From the NCBI GenBank assembly GCA_041744215.1, contig JBGTLG010000033.1:32001-96000 (forward strand): a DNA stretch of 64,000 nt, in the 5' to 3' direction. Positions 38,518 to 48,689 of the stretch are shown here, one piece after another. The stretch is from Fimbriimonadales bacterium (GTDB lineage: Bacteria; Armatimonadota; Fimbriimonadia; Fimbriimonadales; ATM1). The position numbers and the translations under genes are program-made. Under the pieces are notes generated by a model. The model saw only the letters and a list, made by a program, of their open reading frames with translations, was not told the DNA's origin and searched no databases. Position 1 is the first letter of the stretch; every line of letters starts with the position of its first letter.

Positions 38518-41010
38518 TTAGTTCTTGACTGCCGACTCTTCTTCTCTCGGCGCGCTGCCGTCGGGGCCATCGGCTTTTTTGAAGACGATTTGGCCAGTGT
38601 CGTCGAGATCTGCGAGAATCGTATCGCCATCGGAGAACCTTCCGAAGAGAATTTCTTCGGAGAGTGGGTCTTCGATGTATCGCTGGACAGCGCGGCGCAA
38701 CGGGCGCGCGCCCATGTCGGGTTGATAGCCCTCTCTTGCGAGGAAATCTTTGACCGCTTGCGTCGCTTCGATTTTCATGTGGCTGCGCTCTGCCTGTTTG
38801 TTGACGCGGTCGAGCTGCAAATCGACGATCTGCAGAATCTCTTCGCGCGACAGGTGGTGGAACACGATGACTTCGTCGACGCGGTTGAGAAACTCGGGTC
38901 TAAAGAGCTTCTTCATTTCCGAAAGCATTTTGTTCTTCATCGCCTCGTAAACTTTTGGATCGTTAGGATCGAGTTTCGCTTCTCGGAATCCCATTCCGCG
39001 ATCTTCTTCGATCGGCTTGACGCCGACGTTTGAGGTCATGATGACGACTGTGTTTCGGAAGTCGACGACTCGACCTTGCGAATCGGTTAGCCGTCCGTCT
39101 TCAAGTACTTGCAGCAAGATGTTGAATACTTCGGGGTGCGCTTTTTCGATTTCATCGAGAAGCACGACGCAATACGGATTGCGACGCACCGCTTCGGTTA
39201 GCTGACCGCCGTCTTCGTGGCCGACATATCCTGGAGGCGCGCCGACGAGCCGGCTTACCGCGAATCGCTCCATGTATTCGGACATATCGATGCGCACGAG
39301 ATTGTTTTCGTTTTCGAAAAGATATTCGGCGAGTGCGCGAGCCATCTCGGTTTTGCCAATTCCTGTTGGTCCGAGGAAGATGAACGAACCCATCGGACGT
39401 TTCGGGTCTTTGAGTCCGCTGCGCGCGCGTCGGACTGCGCGCGACACGGCGGCGACTGCATCATGCTGCCCGATGACGCGCCGGTGCAGTTCGTCTTCCA
39501 TTTTTAGAAGCTTGTTGCTTTCTGTTTCGACCAATCGGGCGACGGGAATTCCCGTCCATGCTTGGACGATGTGCGCGACGTCGTCTTCGGTGATGATCGG
39601 GTCTTGCCTCGGCAAAGCTGCCCACTGCTCTTCTCGCTCTTCGATGCTCGCCTCAAGATCTTTGACTTCTTGATCGAGCTTTTCGCCGCGTGAATCGAGG
39701 TCTTGGTGCTTCTGAAGGTGCTCGAGTTCGATCTTCAGGCGTTCGAGCTTCTGCTTGTCCTGACGGATATCGAGCGGCGGAAGCGTTTGCATTAGGCGAG
39801 CGCGACTGGAGGCTTCGTCGATAAGGTCGATCGCTTTGTCGGGAAGCGTTCGATCGGTAATATATCTTTGCGAAAGCTGCACGGCGGCGTCTAGTGCGTC
39901 GTCGCGTATTTCAACTTTGTGGTGCGCCTCGTAGCGGTCGCGAAGCCCTTTGAGGATTTCTACTGCCTCGTCTTCGTTGGGCTCGCGAACCACCACTGGC
40001 TGGAACCGACGCTCAAGAGCGGCGTCCCGCTCGATGTACTTGCGGAACTCGTCTTGTGTCGTCGCGCCGATGCATTGGAGCTCTCCTCTTGCGAGTGCGG
40101 GTTTCATGATGTTTGAAGCATCGATTGCGCCTTCTGCGGCGCCCGCCCCGACGAGAGTATGTAGCTCGTCCACGAATAGGATGACCTCGCCATCCGCTTT
40201 GCGGACCTCCTCCATAACCCGCTTCATCCTCTCCTCGAACTCACCTCTGTATTTGGTGCCGGCGACGAGTGCCGCCAGGTCGAGAGCGACGATTCGCTTG
40301 TCACGGATTTGCTCTGGGACGTCGCCAGCGACGATTCGCTGTGCGAGTCCTTCGGCGATAGCTGTTTTGCCGACTCCCGGCTCTCCAATGAGACACGGGT
40401 TGTTCTTCGTTCGTCGGCTCAAAATTTGCATGACCCTTTCGATTTCGTTGGTTCGACCAACGACCGGGTCGAGTTTGCCTTGCCTCGCGTAGTCGGTTAG
40501 ATCGCGACCGAATTCGTCGAGGGTTTGGGTTTGGCTCCGCCCCGCTCTGCCGCCGCCGCCCGCTCGGCTTGGTGCCTCGTTGTCTTGAAGCTTCATCACT
40601 TCTTGACGGGCTTTTTCGAGGTCTACGCCAAGTTTTGCGAGTACGCGGCCGGCCAAGCCGTCGCCTTCCCGGATCAGACCGAGAAGAAGATGCTCGGTGC
40701 CTATGTAGTTGTTATTGAGGGTGCGCGCCTCGTCGTATGCCAAGTCGATCACTCTCTTTGCCCTCGGTGTGAGGGTCATCTCCTGCACCGATTTGTGATC
40801 ACCGCGCGGGAGCTGCTTTTCGACCTCGGTCCGGATTCGGCTAAGGCTGATCCCGATTTTTTCGAGAACACGCGCGGCAACGCTGTCGGGCTCGCGTACG
40901 AGGCCGAGCAAAAGGTGCTCCGTGCTCACGTAGCCCTCGCCGAACTTTTGCGCCTCTTCTTGGGCGTAAAAGACGACTTTTCTTGCGCGTTCTGTAAATC
41001 TCTGCCACAT
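38518..41010 (-). CDS. clpC: ATP-dependent Clp protease ATPase ClpC
   Basis: Tandem Clp-N repeats, GEPGVGKT and GPTGIGKT Walker A motifs; start MWQRFTERA. Confidence 0.96.
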   Translation of the reverse strand: MWQRFTERARKVVFYAQEEAQKFGEGYVSTEHLLLGLVREPDSVAARVLEKIGISLSRIRTEVEKQLPRGDHKSVQEMTLTPRAKRVIDLAYDEARTLNNNYIGTEHLLLGLIREGDGLAGRVLAKLGVDLEKARQEVMKLQDNEAPSRAGGGGRAGRSQTQTLDEFGRDLTDYARQGKLDPVVGRTNEIERVMQILSRRTKNNPCLIGEPGVGKTAIAEGLAQRIVAGDVPEQIRDKRIVALDLAALVAGTKYRGEFEERMKRVMEEVRKADGEVILFVDELHTLVGAGAAEGAIDASNIMKPALARGELQCIGATTQDEFRKYIERDAALERRFQPVVVREPNEDEAVEILKGLRDRYEAHHKVEIRDDALDAAVQLSQRYITDRTLPDKAIDLIDEASSRARLMQTLPPLDIRQDKQKLERLKIELEHLQKHQDLDSRGEKLDQEVKDLEASIEEREEQWAALPRQDPIITEDDVAHIVQAWTGIPVARLVETESNKLLKMEDELHRRVIGQHDAVAAVSRAVRRARSGLKDPKRPMGSFIFLGPTGIGKTEMARALAEYLFENENNLVRIDMSEYMERFAVSRLVGAPPGYVGHEDGGQLTEAVRRNPYCVVLLDEIEKAHPEVFNILLQVLEDGRLTDSQGRVVDFRNTVVIMTSNVGVKPIEEDRGMGFREAKLDPNDPKVYEAMKNKMLSEMKKLFRPEFLNRVDEVIVFHHLSREEILQIVDLQLDRVNKQAERSHMKIEATQAVKDFLAREGYQPDMGARPLRRAVQRYIEDPLSEEILFGRFSDGDTILADLDDTGQIVFKKADGPDGSAPREEESAVKN

Positions 41011-41135
41011 ATCAGTTTTTGCGTCTTTGCGGGGTCTCACCGCGGTTCCGATGGTCGTTCCTACCTGAACCCGGTGACATTTCCGGGATTCCAAGGAGAA
41101 ATCTACCCCACGGACCCTTTCTTTAGGATTATCGG

Positions 41136-42155
41136 TCAGGGCTCTGCGCCCTGGGAGGTCAAGCCGAGGAATTGCCGAAAAAGCCGGCTCCGCCTGCGGT
41201 TTGTGGGCGGGTCGTCGTCCTCACCGAAGAGGATGAGGGTCAAGAGTGCGTCAAGCCTGCGTGGGTGATATTCACCAATGCCGCGCAAGGCACCGAGTCT
41301 GAGCCACCCGATCGCCCGGGTTGCAGCGTCAATGTTCATGCCTTCTTGGGCATCAATCTTCTTCCGAGCACCGTCAACGCCTTCCCTGATTCTCTGCTCG
41401 TAAAAGGCGCTTTTTGCTTGGCGCTCCTGATAGATAAGAACGTTTAGGCTGTCCGAAAGTTCCGACAGACGGTCGGTTGTGGTTGACACCTGGACGTACC
41501 CGGCGATGCCGAGGGACCTTTCGCCCAGGAGCCCTCGCACCTCAAAACCCTGGGCGTCCAGCTGCCTGACGGCCTCGGGCGCCGCCCCAGAGGCGGCTAA
41601 GCCGCCCAGATGGAGCATGACGCCGAGGCGGCGGCCCGCGCCTGCGTTGCTCGTGCTCGCTGCGAGGAAGCCGAACTCCGAGTCTTGGGCGAAGGTCAGC
41701 CGCTCCGCAAGCCGTGCCTCGGCCGATTGGGCTGCCGACAGCGATGACTCGATGGACAACCCGGCTGTGACCGCCTGGATGCGCAGGTGGTCCTCCTCGT
41801 TCACCATGATCGCTACGCCCCGATCCGGCGAGAGCAGGAGGTTCCTGCCGGGTTTGTTTGGGTCGAACTCGGGCGAAATGAGGCGACTTCCGACCAGAAC
41901 CGCTCGCTGCACCTCTGGGAGGTTCTGGACCTGTGTGAAGTTCCCAGCGAGGCCAGCCGCGAGGCACTCCCTTTCGATGGCTTCGAGTTCCGGGCGCGAC
42001 GCCGAATGTGTGAACGGATAGCCCGACAGATTGCGCATCAGACGGGCACGCGAAGAGATTACGACGTCGCTTTGCGGCGCGTCGCCTTGGAGCCACGCTG
42101 GCGCGACCGCTTGACGCAGCACTGCATCGAGCCAGGGGTCAAACTCTTGCGTCAC
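41136..42155 (-). CDS. mcsB: McsB-like protein arginine kinase (divergent)
   Basis: [25 protein letters not shown]; directly upstream of clpC. Confidence 0.8.
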   Translation of the reverse strand: MTQEFDPWLDAVLRQAVAPAWLQGDAPQSDVVISSRARLMRNLSGYPFTHSASRPELEAIERECLAAGLAGNFTQVQNLPEVQRAVLVGSRLISPEFDPNKPGRNLLLSPDRGVAIMVNEEDHLRIQAVTAGLSIESSLSAAQSAEARLAERLTFAQDSEFGFLAASTSNAGAGRRLGVMLHLGGLAASGAAPEAVRQLDAQGFEVRGLLGERSLGIAGYVQVSTTTDRLSELSDSLNVLIYQERQAKSAFYEQRIREGVDGARKKIDAQEGMNIDAATRAIGWLRLGALRGIGEYHPRRLDALLTLILFGEDDDPPTNRRRSRLFRQFLGLTSQGAEP

Positions 42156-42235
42156 GCTCGGCGCACCACGGGTTGACTTGGAGAGGTGATCGGCCGCATA
42201 ATCGGATCGGCCCATCCCCCTGAGGAAATAGTCGA

Positions 42236-42538
42236 ATGTTTCAACTTGTCGGTGTAGACGTTTACCTGAGATCTGAAGGTGTTCCCGAAGTTCCGCGCGA
42301 ACACGGTCCTTTCAAATTGATTTTCATATCCAATCGCGGCACTCGCGTTTGGCCAAACAAAATCGAAGGCTTTTCGATGATCGATTGGCCGCGGTGTCGG
42401 TATGAAGCGGACGGCGAGATTTCTGACAATGATGTCGAGGGACTGGTGAGCGCGCTTACCCACGGCGGCTTCACATGGACGAAGTGTCAGAAGCTCTATC
42501 GCAAAGACGGGGAGAACCAATACAGTCAGCCTTATTGA
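42236..42538 (+). CDS. Stand-alone homolog of the C-terminal domain of Thermus-type isocitrate dehydrogenase
   Basis: LVGVDVY...FKLIFISNRGTRVWP...DWPRCRY...WTKCQKL..DG...YSQ parallels the T. thermophilus IDH tail (VGVDVF, ISNRGTQVYP, RCRF, EKL). Confidence 0.75.
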   Translation: MFQLVGVDVYLRSEGVPEVPREHGPFKLIFISNRGTRVWPNKIEGFSMIDWPRCRYEADGEISDNDVEGLVSALTHGGFTWTKCQKLYRKDGENQYSQPY

Positions 42539-42569
42539 GGCGTGGGTCGTTTGACGAAGTAGAAAAGAT

Positions 42570-43568
42570 ATGCCATACGATGTTTGTTTGATTCGTGGAG
42601 ACGGGATTGGGCCGGAGATCACTGCGGCGACAGAAAAGATCATCGCAGCCGCGGGCGTTGCAATCAACTGGATCGAAGTCGATGCGGGATTGCGGTGTGT
42701 CGAAGCTGGTGAGCCGATTGTTCCGGACAGGACGCTGAAGAAGATCGAGGAAGTTGGGATCGCGCTCAAGGCGCCGATGACGACACCGATTGGGAAGGGT
42801 TCTGTTTCGCCGAATGTAACGCTACGGAAGCGACTGGATTTGTACGCTTGTGTGCGCCCTGCGAAGTCGTTACCGGGCGTGCCGACCCCTTTCGAGGGGC
42901 TCGACATCGTCATCTTCCGCGAAAACACAGAGGATCTCTACGCGCAGATCGAATACATGGAGACGCCGACGGTCGCGATGTCGACCAAACTCATTTCGGA
43001 GATGGGAGCGGAGAGGATTGCCCGCGCGGCGTTTGAGTATGCGCGGAAAAACCGTCGTCGCGCTGTGACATGCGTTCACAAAGCGAACATCATGAAGATT
43101 TCGGACGGCCTTTTTCTGCGCACTTTTCAGCGCGTTGCGGCCGAGTATCCTGACGTAGAGTCGTGGGACGTTATTGTGGATGCGCTCTGTATGCAGTTGG
43201 TGACGAAGTGGCGGATGTTCGATGTTTTGGTATTGCCAAACTTGTATGGCGATATAGTGAGCGATCTCGCTGCGGGCATGATGGGCGGTTTGGGTGTTGC
43301 GCCCGGCGCGAATTATGGAGACAAAGCCGCGATTTTTGAAGCGGTGCATGGCTCCGCGCCGAAATATCAAGGGCTCGACAAAGTGAATCCGATGGCGCTA
43401 TTGCTGTCCGGGACTTTGATGTTGCGGCACATCGGCGAAGACGCTGCGGCGATTCGGATCGAGAAAGCGGTCGAGACGACTTTGGTTAAGGGGATCAAGA
43501 CGTACGATTTGTTCGGCTCTGCTAAGACGAGCGAGTTCGCGGATGCGGTTTGTTCGGAACTGGGTTAG
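42570..43568 (+). CDS. icd: Isocitrate/isopropylmalate dehydrogenase family, probably isocitrate dehydrogenase
   Basis: GDGIGPEI, SPNVTLRK, RENTEDLY, HKANIMK, NLYGDIVSDLAAG, FEAVHGSAP. Confidence 0.85.
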   Translation: MPYDVCLIRGDGIGPEITAATEKIIAAAGVAINWIEVDAGLRCVEAGEPIVPDRTLKKIEEVGIALKAPMTTPIGKGSVSPNVTLRKRLDLYACVRPAKSLPGVPTPFEGLDIVIFRENTEDLYAQIEYMETPTVAMSTKLISEMGAERIARAAFEYARKNRRRAVTCVHKANIMKISDGLFLRTFQRVAAEYPDVESWDVIVDALCMQLVTKWRMFDVLVLPNLYGDIVSDLAAGMMGGLGVAPGANYGDKAAIFEAVHGSAPKYQGLDKVNPMALLLSGTLMLRHIGEDAAAIRIEKAVETTLVKGIKTYDLFGSAKTSEFADAVCSELG

Positions 43569-44740
43569 TTCGTCAGCTTATCGAGCGCCTTCTTGAGATT
43601 TGGCGACGGTTTGCCGTAGCTGTGCGCTTCCCCCAGAGTTGTTCGGATGAGGCCGGAAGAGCGATCATATTCGATCATAACGACCACTTTTGCGCGGCGC
43701 AGTACGAGTTTCGCGGTGGGAGTGAACTTCTTTGGAGCGGAGGCCTGATCTACGTCGGCGTCTTTAACTTCGACGGACTGCCTTCCATTGGAAACGGTGA
43801 TCGCGCCGATGCCGAGGTCCCAACGCAAAGGCGCGGCTTTGCCGCCGCCGAATGGCGAGTACTTCTTCACACTCCAGACTGTTCCAGAGTTTGGATCCAC
43901 GTATCCACCGAATGCGGCCACGTCGGTCTTTACCGATTCACCCATGCTGGGTTGGAATGCAGAAAAGCAGTAAGCAAGCGTCGATTCATTCGTTCCGATG
44001 AGATCGAGTACGGATTGCGGCACGGCGTTGACGTTCTGATTGATGTGCTGGGGTTTCGGGTTCCAGATCACCAATTCCGCCACCTCGACGTTGAGTGTGC
44101 TGGCTCCGAAGTTGGTGTAGACGTGGGCGGCGAAGTTGTAGATCGCCGCTTCGAGTGAAATCGAAACCTGAAACGATGTGGGCGGATTTGGGAGCCTGGG
44201 GTCACGAGTTAATCCGGTCAAGCGACCGGTGTTGTAGTCGATAAGAGCGGCGATGCGATGCTCAGGATGAAAGAAAATACTCTCATGGGTAGGCAGGTAA
44301 GCCAGAACATAGGCCGGAAAGCCATTCGCATTCAACTCCCGCACGAACTGCTTGACAACCACCGGCTGCGTGCACCCACTCGCTGCGACGTATTCAGTTC
44401 CGAGGGCCATGGCTAGATTGTCGCCAATAGCATTCTGGTGGTCCCATGACTCGGGCGGAGGGAATACGCGATCCGGAGGGGAATAGCTGAAGCCCACGAT
44501 GAGATGATCTGACCTGCGCAGGCGTACCCTGCCATCCGGGAAGGCAAAGACATACACGTCCGGAGTGTGATCTGCGCTCTCCAACTCAAACACGGGAACA
44601 TACAGATTCGAGTACGTTCCGTTTGCGGTCGCCGCCATGTCGCGGAAAGCCCGGGCTTTTGCGAGAGCGACTGCCTCGTCGTCCACCTGAACCAGAAACC
44701 CCGCAACGACCGCTGGGACCAATAGCGCAGTTATCATCAT
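43565..44740 (-). CDS. Secreted PepSY-like repeat protein, paralog 1
   Basis: Signal peptide, AGGAG RBS; IDYNTGRL and VDPNSGTV PepSY-type hairpin motifs; paralogous to the next two genes. Confidence 0.8.
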   Translation of the reverse strand: MMITALLVPAVVAGFLVQVDDEAVALAKARAFRDMAATANGTYSNLYVPVFELESADHTPDVYVFAFPDGRVRLRRSDHLIVGFSYSPPDRVFPPPESWDHQNAIGDNLAMALGTEYVAASGCTQPVVVKQFVRELNANGFPAYVLAYLPTHESIFFHPEHRIAALIDYNTGRLTGLTRDPRLPNPPTSFQVSISLEAAIYNFAAHVYTNFGASTLNVEVAELVIWNPKPQHINQNVNAVPQSVLDLIGTNESTLAYCFSAFQPSMGESVKTDVAAFGGYVDPNSGTVWSVKKYSPFGGGKAAPLRWDLGIGAITVSNGRQSVEVKDADVDQASAPKKFTPTAKLVLRRAKVVVMIEYDRSSGLIRTTLGEAHSYGKPSPNLKKALDKLTN

Positions 44741-44817
44741 GTATCTCCTGGCGCGTTCCTCGAGGCGCGGCCCGCAGGCTTCGCGGACCAAAGATAGGAC
44801 GTGCGACCAGGGGAAGG

Positions 44818-44862
44818 AAGACGAGCGAGTTCGGGGATGCGGTCTGCGCGGAGTTGGTTTAG
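44818..44862 (+). repeat. Duplicated icd 3' end (KTSEFGDAVCAELV*)
   Basis: Homologous to 43524-43568; first 16 bp identical. Confidence 0.9.
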
Positions 44863-46037
44863 CCCGTGAGCCGATCGAGCGCCTTCTTGAGATTCGGCGA
44901 CGGTTTGCCGTAGCTGTGCGCTTCTCGCAGGGTTGTGCGGAGGAGACCGCTTGTTCGGTCGTATTCGATCATGACAACGACTTTTGCGCGTCGGAGTACG
45001 AGTCTCGATGAAGCGTTGAAGGCTTTTGGTGCGGGAACTCGATCGACGTCAGCGTCCTTGACTTCGATCGAATGTCTTCCGTTCGAGGCAATAATCTCTC
45101 CGAGTCCCAGATCCCAACGAAGCGGCGCCAGCTTACCGCCGCCGCCGCCGAATGGCGTGTATTGCTTCACGCTCCAGACTGTGCCTGAATTTGGATCTAC
45201 GTAGCCCTCGAAAAAGGCGACGTCGGTCTTCGTCGATTCGCCCATGCTCGGTTGGAACGCCGAAAAGTAGTAAACGAGGGTCGATTCGTTCGTGCCGATG
45301 AGGTCGAGTACGGCTTGCGGCACGTTGTTCGCAGACTGATTGATGTCCTGCGGCTTCGGGTTCCAAATCACTAATTCTGCCCCATCGATGTTGAGGTTGC
45401 TTGCACCGTAGTTCGAGTAAACCCAGGACGCGAAGTTGTAGAGGGCGGTCTCCGGAGAAATCGAGGATTGGAGAGAGGCGGGTGGATTAGGGGTGTTCTC
45501 CGGACCGAAGTAACCGGTCAGGCGTCCGGTGCTTGGCTCAATCACAGCGAAGGCTTGATATCCACCGTCGAACGGAATTCCATTGTAAGTCGGGGCACAA
45601 TTGAAAACGTATCCCGGCCGACCGGAAACATTATTCTCCCGGCGGAGGCGCATCACCACAAAGTTGAGGGAATGCCCCGCTGCCGTCAAGTAGTTCATTG
45701 CCAATGCAACGGCCGCCGAGTCGCCAATTGCGTTCAGGCTATCCCACGTTTCAAGCGGTATAGCTTCGTCCAGCGGGGAAAAACTGAAGCCGACAACCAG
45801 GTGATTAGAGCGAAGCAGGATCACGCCGCCGTCCTTGAACTCGAAGACATACTTATCCGAACTGTGATCGGTGCCCCTCAATTCAAATACAGGACTGTAC
45901 AGATTCGAGTACGTTCGGTTTGCCGTCGCCGCCACGTCGCGGAACGCCCGGGCTTTTGCGAGAGCGACTGCCTCGTCGTCCACCTGAACCAGAAACCCCG
46001 CAACGACCGCTGGGATCAAAAGTGCAGTTATCATCAT
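44859..46037 (-). CDS. Secreted PepSY-like repeat protein, paralog 2
   Basis: N-terminus nearly identical to paralog 1, C-terminus nearly identical to paralog 3, divergent middle. Confidence 0.8.
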   Translation of the reverse strand: MMITALLIPAVVAGFLVQVDDEAVALAKARAFRDVAATANRTYSNLYSPVFELRGTDHSSDKYVFEFKDGGVILLRSNHLVVGFSFSPLDEAIPLETWDSLNAIGDSAAVALAMNYLTAAGHSLNFVVMRLRRENNVSGRPGYVFNCAPTYNGIPFDGGYQAFAVIEPSTGRLTGYFGPENTPNPPASLQSSISPETALYNFASWVYSNYGASNLNIDGAELVIWNPKPQDINQSANNVPQAVLDLIGTNESTLVYYFSAFQPSMGESTKTDVAFFEGYVDPNSGTVWSVKQYTPFGGGGGKLAPLRWDLGLGEIIASNGRHSIEVKDADVDRVPAPKAFNASSRLVLRRAKVVVMIEYDRTSGLLRTTLREAHSYGKPSPNLKKALDRLTG

Positions 46038-46114
46038 GTATCTACGGGCGCGTTCCTCGAGGCGCGGGCCCCAGGCTTCGCGGACCTAAGATAGGATGTG
46101 CGACCAGGGAACGG

Positions 46115-46159
46115 AAGACGAGCGAGTTCGGCGACGCGGTTTGCGCTGAAGTGGCTTAG
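46115..46159 (+). repeat. Duplicated icd 3' end (KTSEFGDAVCAEVA*)
   Basis: Homologous to 43524-43568; first 16 bp identical. Confidence 0.9.
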
Positions 46160-47325
46160 CCCGTGAGCCGATCGAGCGCCTTCTTGAGGTTCGGCGACGG
46201 TTTGCCGTAGCTGTGCGCTTCTCCCAGGGTTGTGCGGAGGAGACCGCTTGCTCGGTCATATTCGATCATGACAACGACTTTTGCGCGTCGGAGTACGAGT
46301 CTCGATGAAGCGTTGAAGGCTTTTGGTTCGGGAACTTGATCGACGTCAGCGTCCTTGACTTCGATCGATTGTTTTGCGTTGGAAACGGTGATCGCGCCGA
46401 TTCCGAGGTCCCAACGCAAAGGCGCGGCTTTGCCGCCGCCGAATGGGAAGTACTGCTTCACGCTCCAGACTGCGCCCGAGTTGGGATCGACATATCCGCC
46501 GTAACCGGAAATGTCCCGCTTCCCTTCCGCGTATCCGCTCGGCTGCACGGCCCAGAAGCAATAGACTAGAACCGAGTCGTTGGTTCCAATCAAGTCGAGT
46601 ACCGATTGAGGCAGACTATGGGATTCATAGCTGATATGCGACGGTTGTGGATTCCATATCACCAGTTCCGAAGTCTCCACGTTGATATTGCTGGCACCGT
46701 AAGTGGTGAAGACGTGCGCAGCAAAGTTATAAAGCGCCGTTTCATGTGGCACAGACGTCAGAAATGAAGCCGGTGGATTCGGCAATTCGGCGTCCCGTAC
46801 GAGAAACAAGAGGCGACCCGTGTTGTATTCCACCAAAGTTGATATTGCGTACTGAGGATGGTAGAGTACGCTGTTGTGAGCAGGAAGATGTGTCATTGAG
46901 TAAGCTACATACATGACTGCATGCAGATCTCGCTCAAAGTACTTGAGGACGCATGGCTGCGAGCAACCACTCGCTTCGATGTACTGGCCTGCAAGCGTCT
47001 GTGCAGCTGAATCGCCGATCGCGTTCTGGGCATCCCACGTATCGAGAACTGGCCGTGCCGCATCCGGCGGTGAGAAACTGAAACCGACGATGAGGTGATC
47101 CGAGCGGCGAATGCGCACTCCCCCATCTGCAAAATAGAAGTGATAAATCTCAGCGTTGTGATCGGTTTTTTCAAGCTCGAATACTGGAGAATATTGGTTC
47201 GAATATGTTCCGTTCGCGCTCGCCGCTGTCTCACGAAATGCTCGCGCTTTATTGAGCGCAGTTACTTCGTCGTCATAAACGAAGCCTGTGGACAACAAAA
47301 CTGGCAGCAGAACAATTGAGGTCAT
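46156..47325 (-). CDS. Secreted PepSY-like repeat protein, paralog 3 (translationally coupled to the upstream protease-like gene)
   Basis: ATGA overlap at 47322-47325, AGGAGG RBS, signal peptide MTSIVLLPVLL. Confidence 0.8.
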   Translation of the reverse strand: MTSIVLLPVLLSTGFVYDDEVTALNKARAFRETAASANGTYSNQYSPVFELEKTDHNAEIYHFYFADGGVRIRRSDHLIVGFSFSPPDAARPVLDTWDAQNAIGDSAAQTLAGQYIEASGCSQPCVLKYFERDLHAVMYVAYSMTHLPAHNSVLYHPQYAISTLVEYNTGRLLFLVRDAELPNPPASFLTSVPHETALYNFAAHVFTTYGASNINVETSELVIWNPQPSHISYESHSLPQSVLDLIGTNDSVLVYCFWAVQPSGYAEGKRDISGYGGYVDPNSGAVWSVKQYFPFGGGKAAPLRWDLGIGAITVSNAKQSIEVKDADVDQVPEPKAFNASSRLVLRRAKVVVMIEYDRASGLLRTTLGEAHSYGKPSPNLKKALDRLTG

Positions 47326-48677
47326 TGGCTTCCTCCTGGTGGATTGTTTGGCGTTCCCCCTCCGAAACTTGGCGGGTTGATCAGAATCCACTGGGTTCCT
47401 GTTCCCCCGTATACACCCATCAGTTTCATGTTCCCGTCTCCTACAATTCGAGGGTACGCCCTCGAAATCGATTCATACTGTCCAGCGCGTGGAATGACTC
47501 CGGCACTGATCAAGTCACCGATCACTTTTCCAACCGTCTTGCCGGCCGTCAAATCGCTAAAGAACTTCTCGGCCCAAATGGCGAGGTCAGTAATGTCTCC
47601 AGGGTTCAACGCAGGCGGCGGTCCGTGAGCAAACAATGAGAAGCTCCATCCTACATAGGCTCTATTCTTTGAACCCGATGTTATCGAACCGCCAGGTCCA
47701 AGGACAACATTTGCTATCTCAAAAGCAGCGGCAGGCGTTCTCCCGCTGTCGCGCCCAGTCGTGTCGCAAGCCATCAAGACGACAAGATTGTACGGCGGAG
47801 CGTTCGCCGGATTCGGATCAAGTACCCAGTCTTTGATGTTGGACCAAGTCGCTTCCAGTGGCTGCGGCTGCATAGCAACAGAAGGATAGACACCGCGCTG
47901 GTCGCCATGAGTAATGCCGACCAGCACCGTGCTCTTGCGTATCAGCTCGGTCAATTGTGATAGCGAGACGGATTGTGAATCATCGAACGGCTTTGGCTCT
48001 GCCGTGTGATTCATTCCTTCGAGCGCGCCACCGGCTATGTTGATGCACTCCTTAGCCTTCGAAGACTCCGGCGAACCCGGTGGCACGGCGGTTGCGACAA
48101 GTCCAGCTTTGTTGTACACCTTGATGTCCACTTCGACGACCAGTTCCTTCGTAGAGGTCTCCTGCACATACGTAACTCCGCCGTCGTATGAGACGAGCCA
48201 ATACCCCTCGAATTTCGCGCGAAGGCGGATTTTGCCCTGAGTGTTATCTGGGAAATGGGTCGAAGAGAAGCGCACTCCGTAGCCGTAGGTTGGAGTCGGC
48301 TCATAACTGACCTGCGGCATCGGAGGATCATTCTCGCCAGAGGGGTTTCCCGCTTCCTCCCCCAGGATCTTCAGCTCGAATTCCACAATGCGGACTCCGG
48401 CCCAGTTGTCAATCGCGAAGGGATCATAGCCAGGTGTTCCCATCGGAATCTCTCCCGCTCCAGCATGCACACCGAACTCGACGCTCGTTCCGCTGACAAG
48501 GGTGGGAGAGTGCGATGACAGGACATCCTCTCCACTTACGCTGACCGAGAGTCTTTTCCCTTTGTGATCAAGGGTTACCGCGCCCGGGGGCGGCGGATCG
48601 GGGGAACCACCTCCACCCGTTTGCCCGAACAATCCAGCGCCGAGTAGCGACGCAGCGACGATCCATCCTACTCTCAT
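47322..48677 (-). CDS. Secreted protein with a clan CD (caspase/CHAT/gingipain-like) peptidase domain
   Basis: Signal peptide; hydrophobic strand + HG (VLVGITHG) and strand + AC (LVVLMACDT) dyad; AYVGW, FFSDL..GKTV, IVGD. Confidence 0.7.
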   Translation of the reverse strand: MRVGWIVAASLLGAGLFGQTGGGGSPDPPPPGAVTLDHKGKRLSVSVSGEDVLSSHSPTLVSGTSVEFGVHAGAGEIPMGTPGYDPFAIDNWAGVRIVEFELKILGEEAGNPSGENDPPMPQVSYEPTPTYGYGVRFSSTHFPDNTQGKIRLRAKFEGYWLVSYDGGVTYVQETSTKELVVEVDIKVYNKAGLVATAVPPGSPESSKAKECINIAGGALEGMNHTAEPKPFDDSQSVSLSQLTELIRKSTVLVGITHGDQRGVYPSVAMQPQPLEATWSNIKDWVLDPNPANAPPYNLVVLMACDTTGRDSGRTPAAAFEIANVVLGPGGSITSGSKNRAYVGWSFSLFAHGPPPALNPGDITDLAIWAEKFFSDLTAGKTVGKVIGDLISAGVIPRAGQYESISRAYPRIVGDGNMKLMGVYGGTGTQWILINPPSFGGGTPNNPPGGSQ

Positions 48678-48689
48678 CAATATAGTACA

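Noticed and set aside
44623-44862. Plus-strand 79-aa ORFs (also 45920-46159) ending in icd-like residues as real genes
   Set aside because: Mostly antisense to the partner genes; only the last 15 codons derive from icd
43565-47325. Diversity-generating retroelement or shufflon explanation for the paralog array
   Set aside because: No reverse transcriptase or invertase in the window; differences are not adenine-specific; all units are in direct orientation
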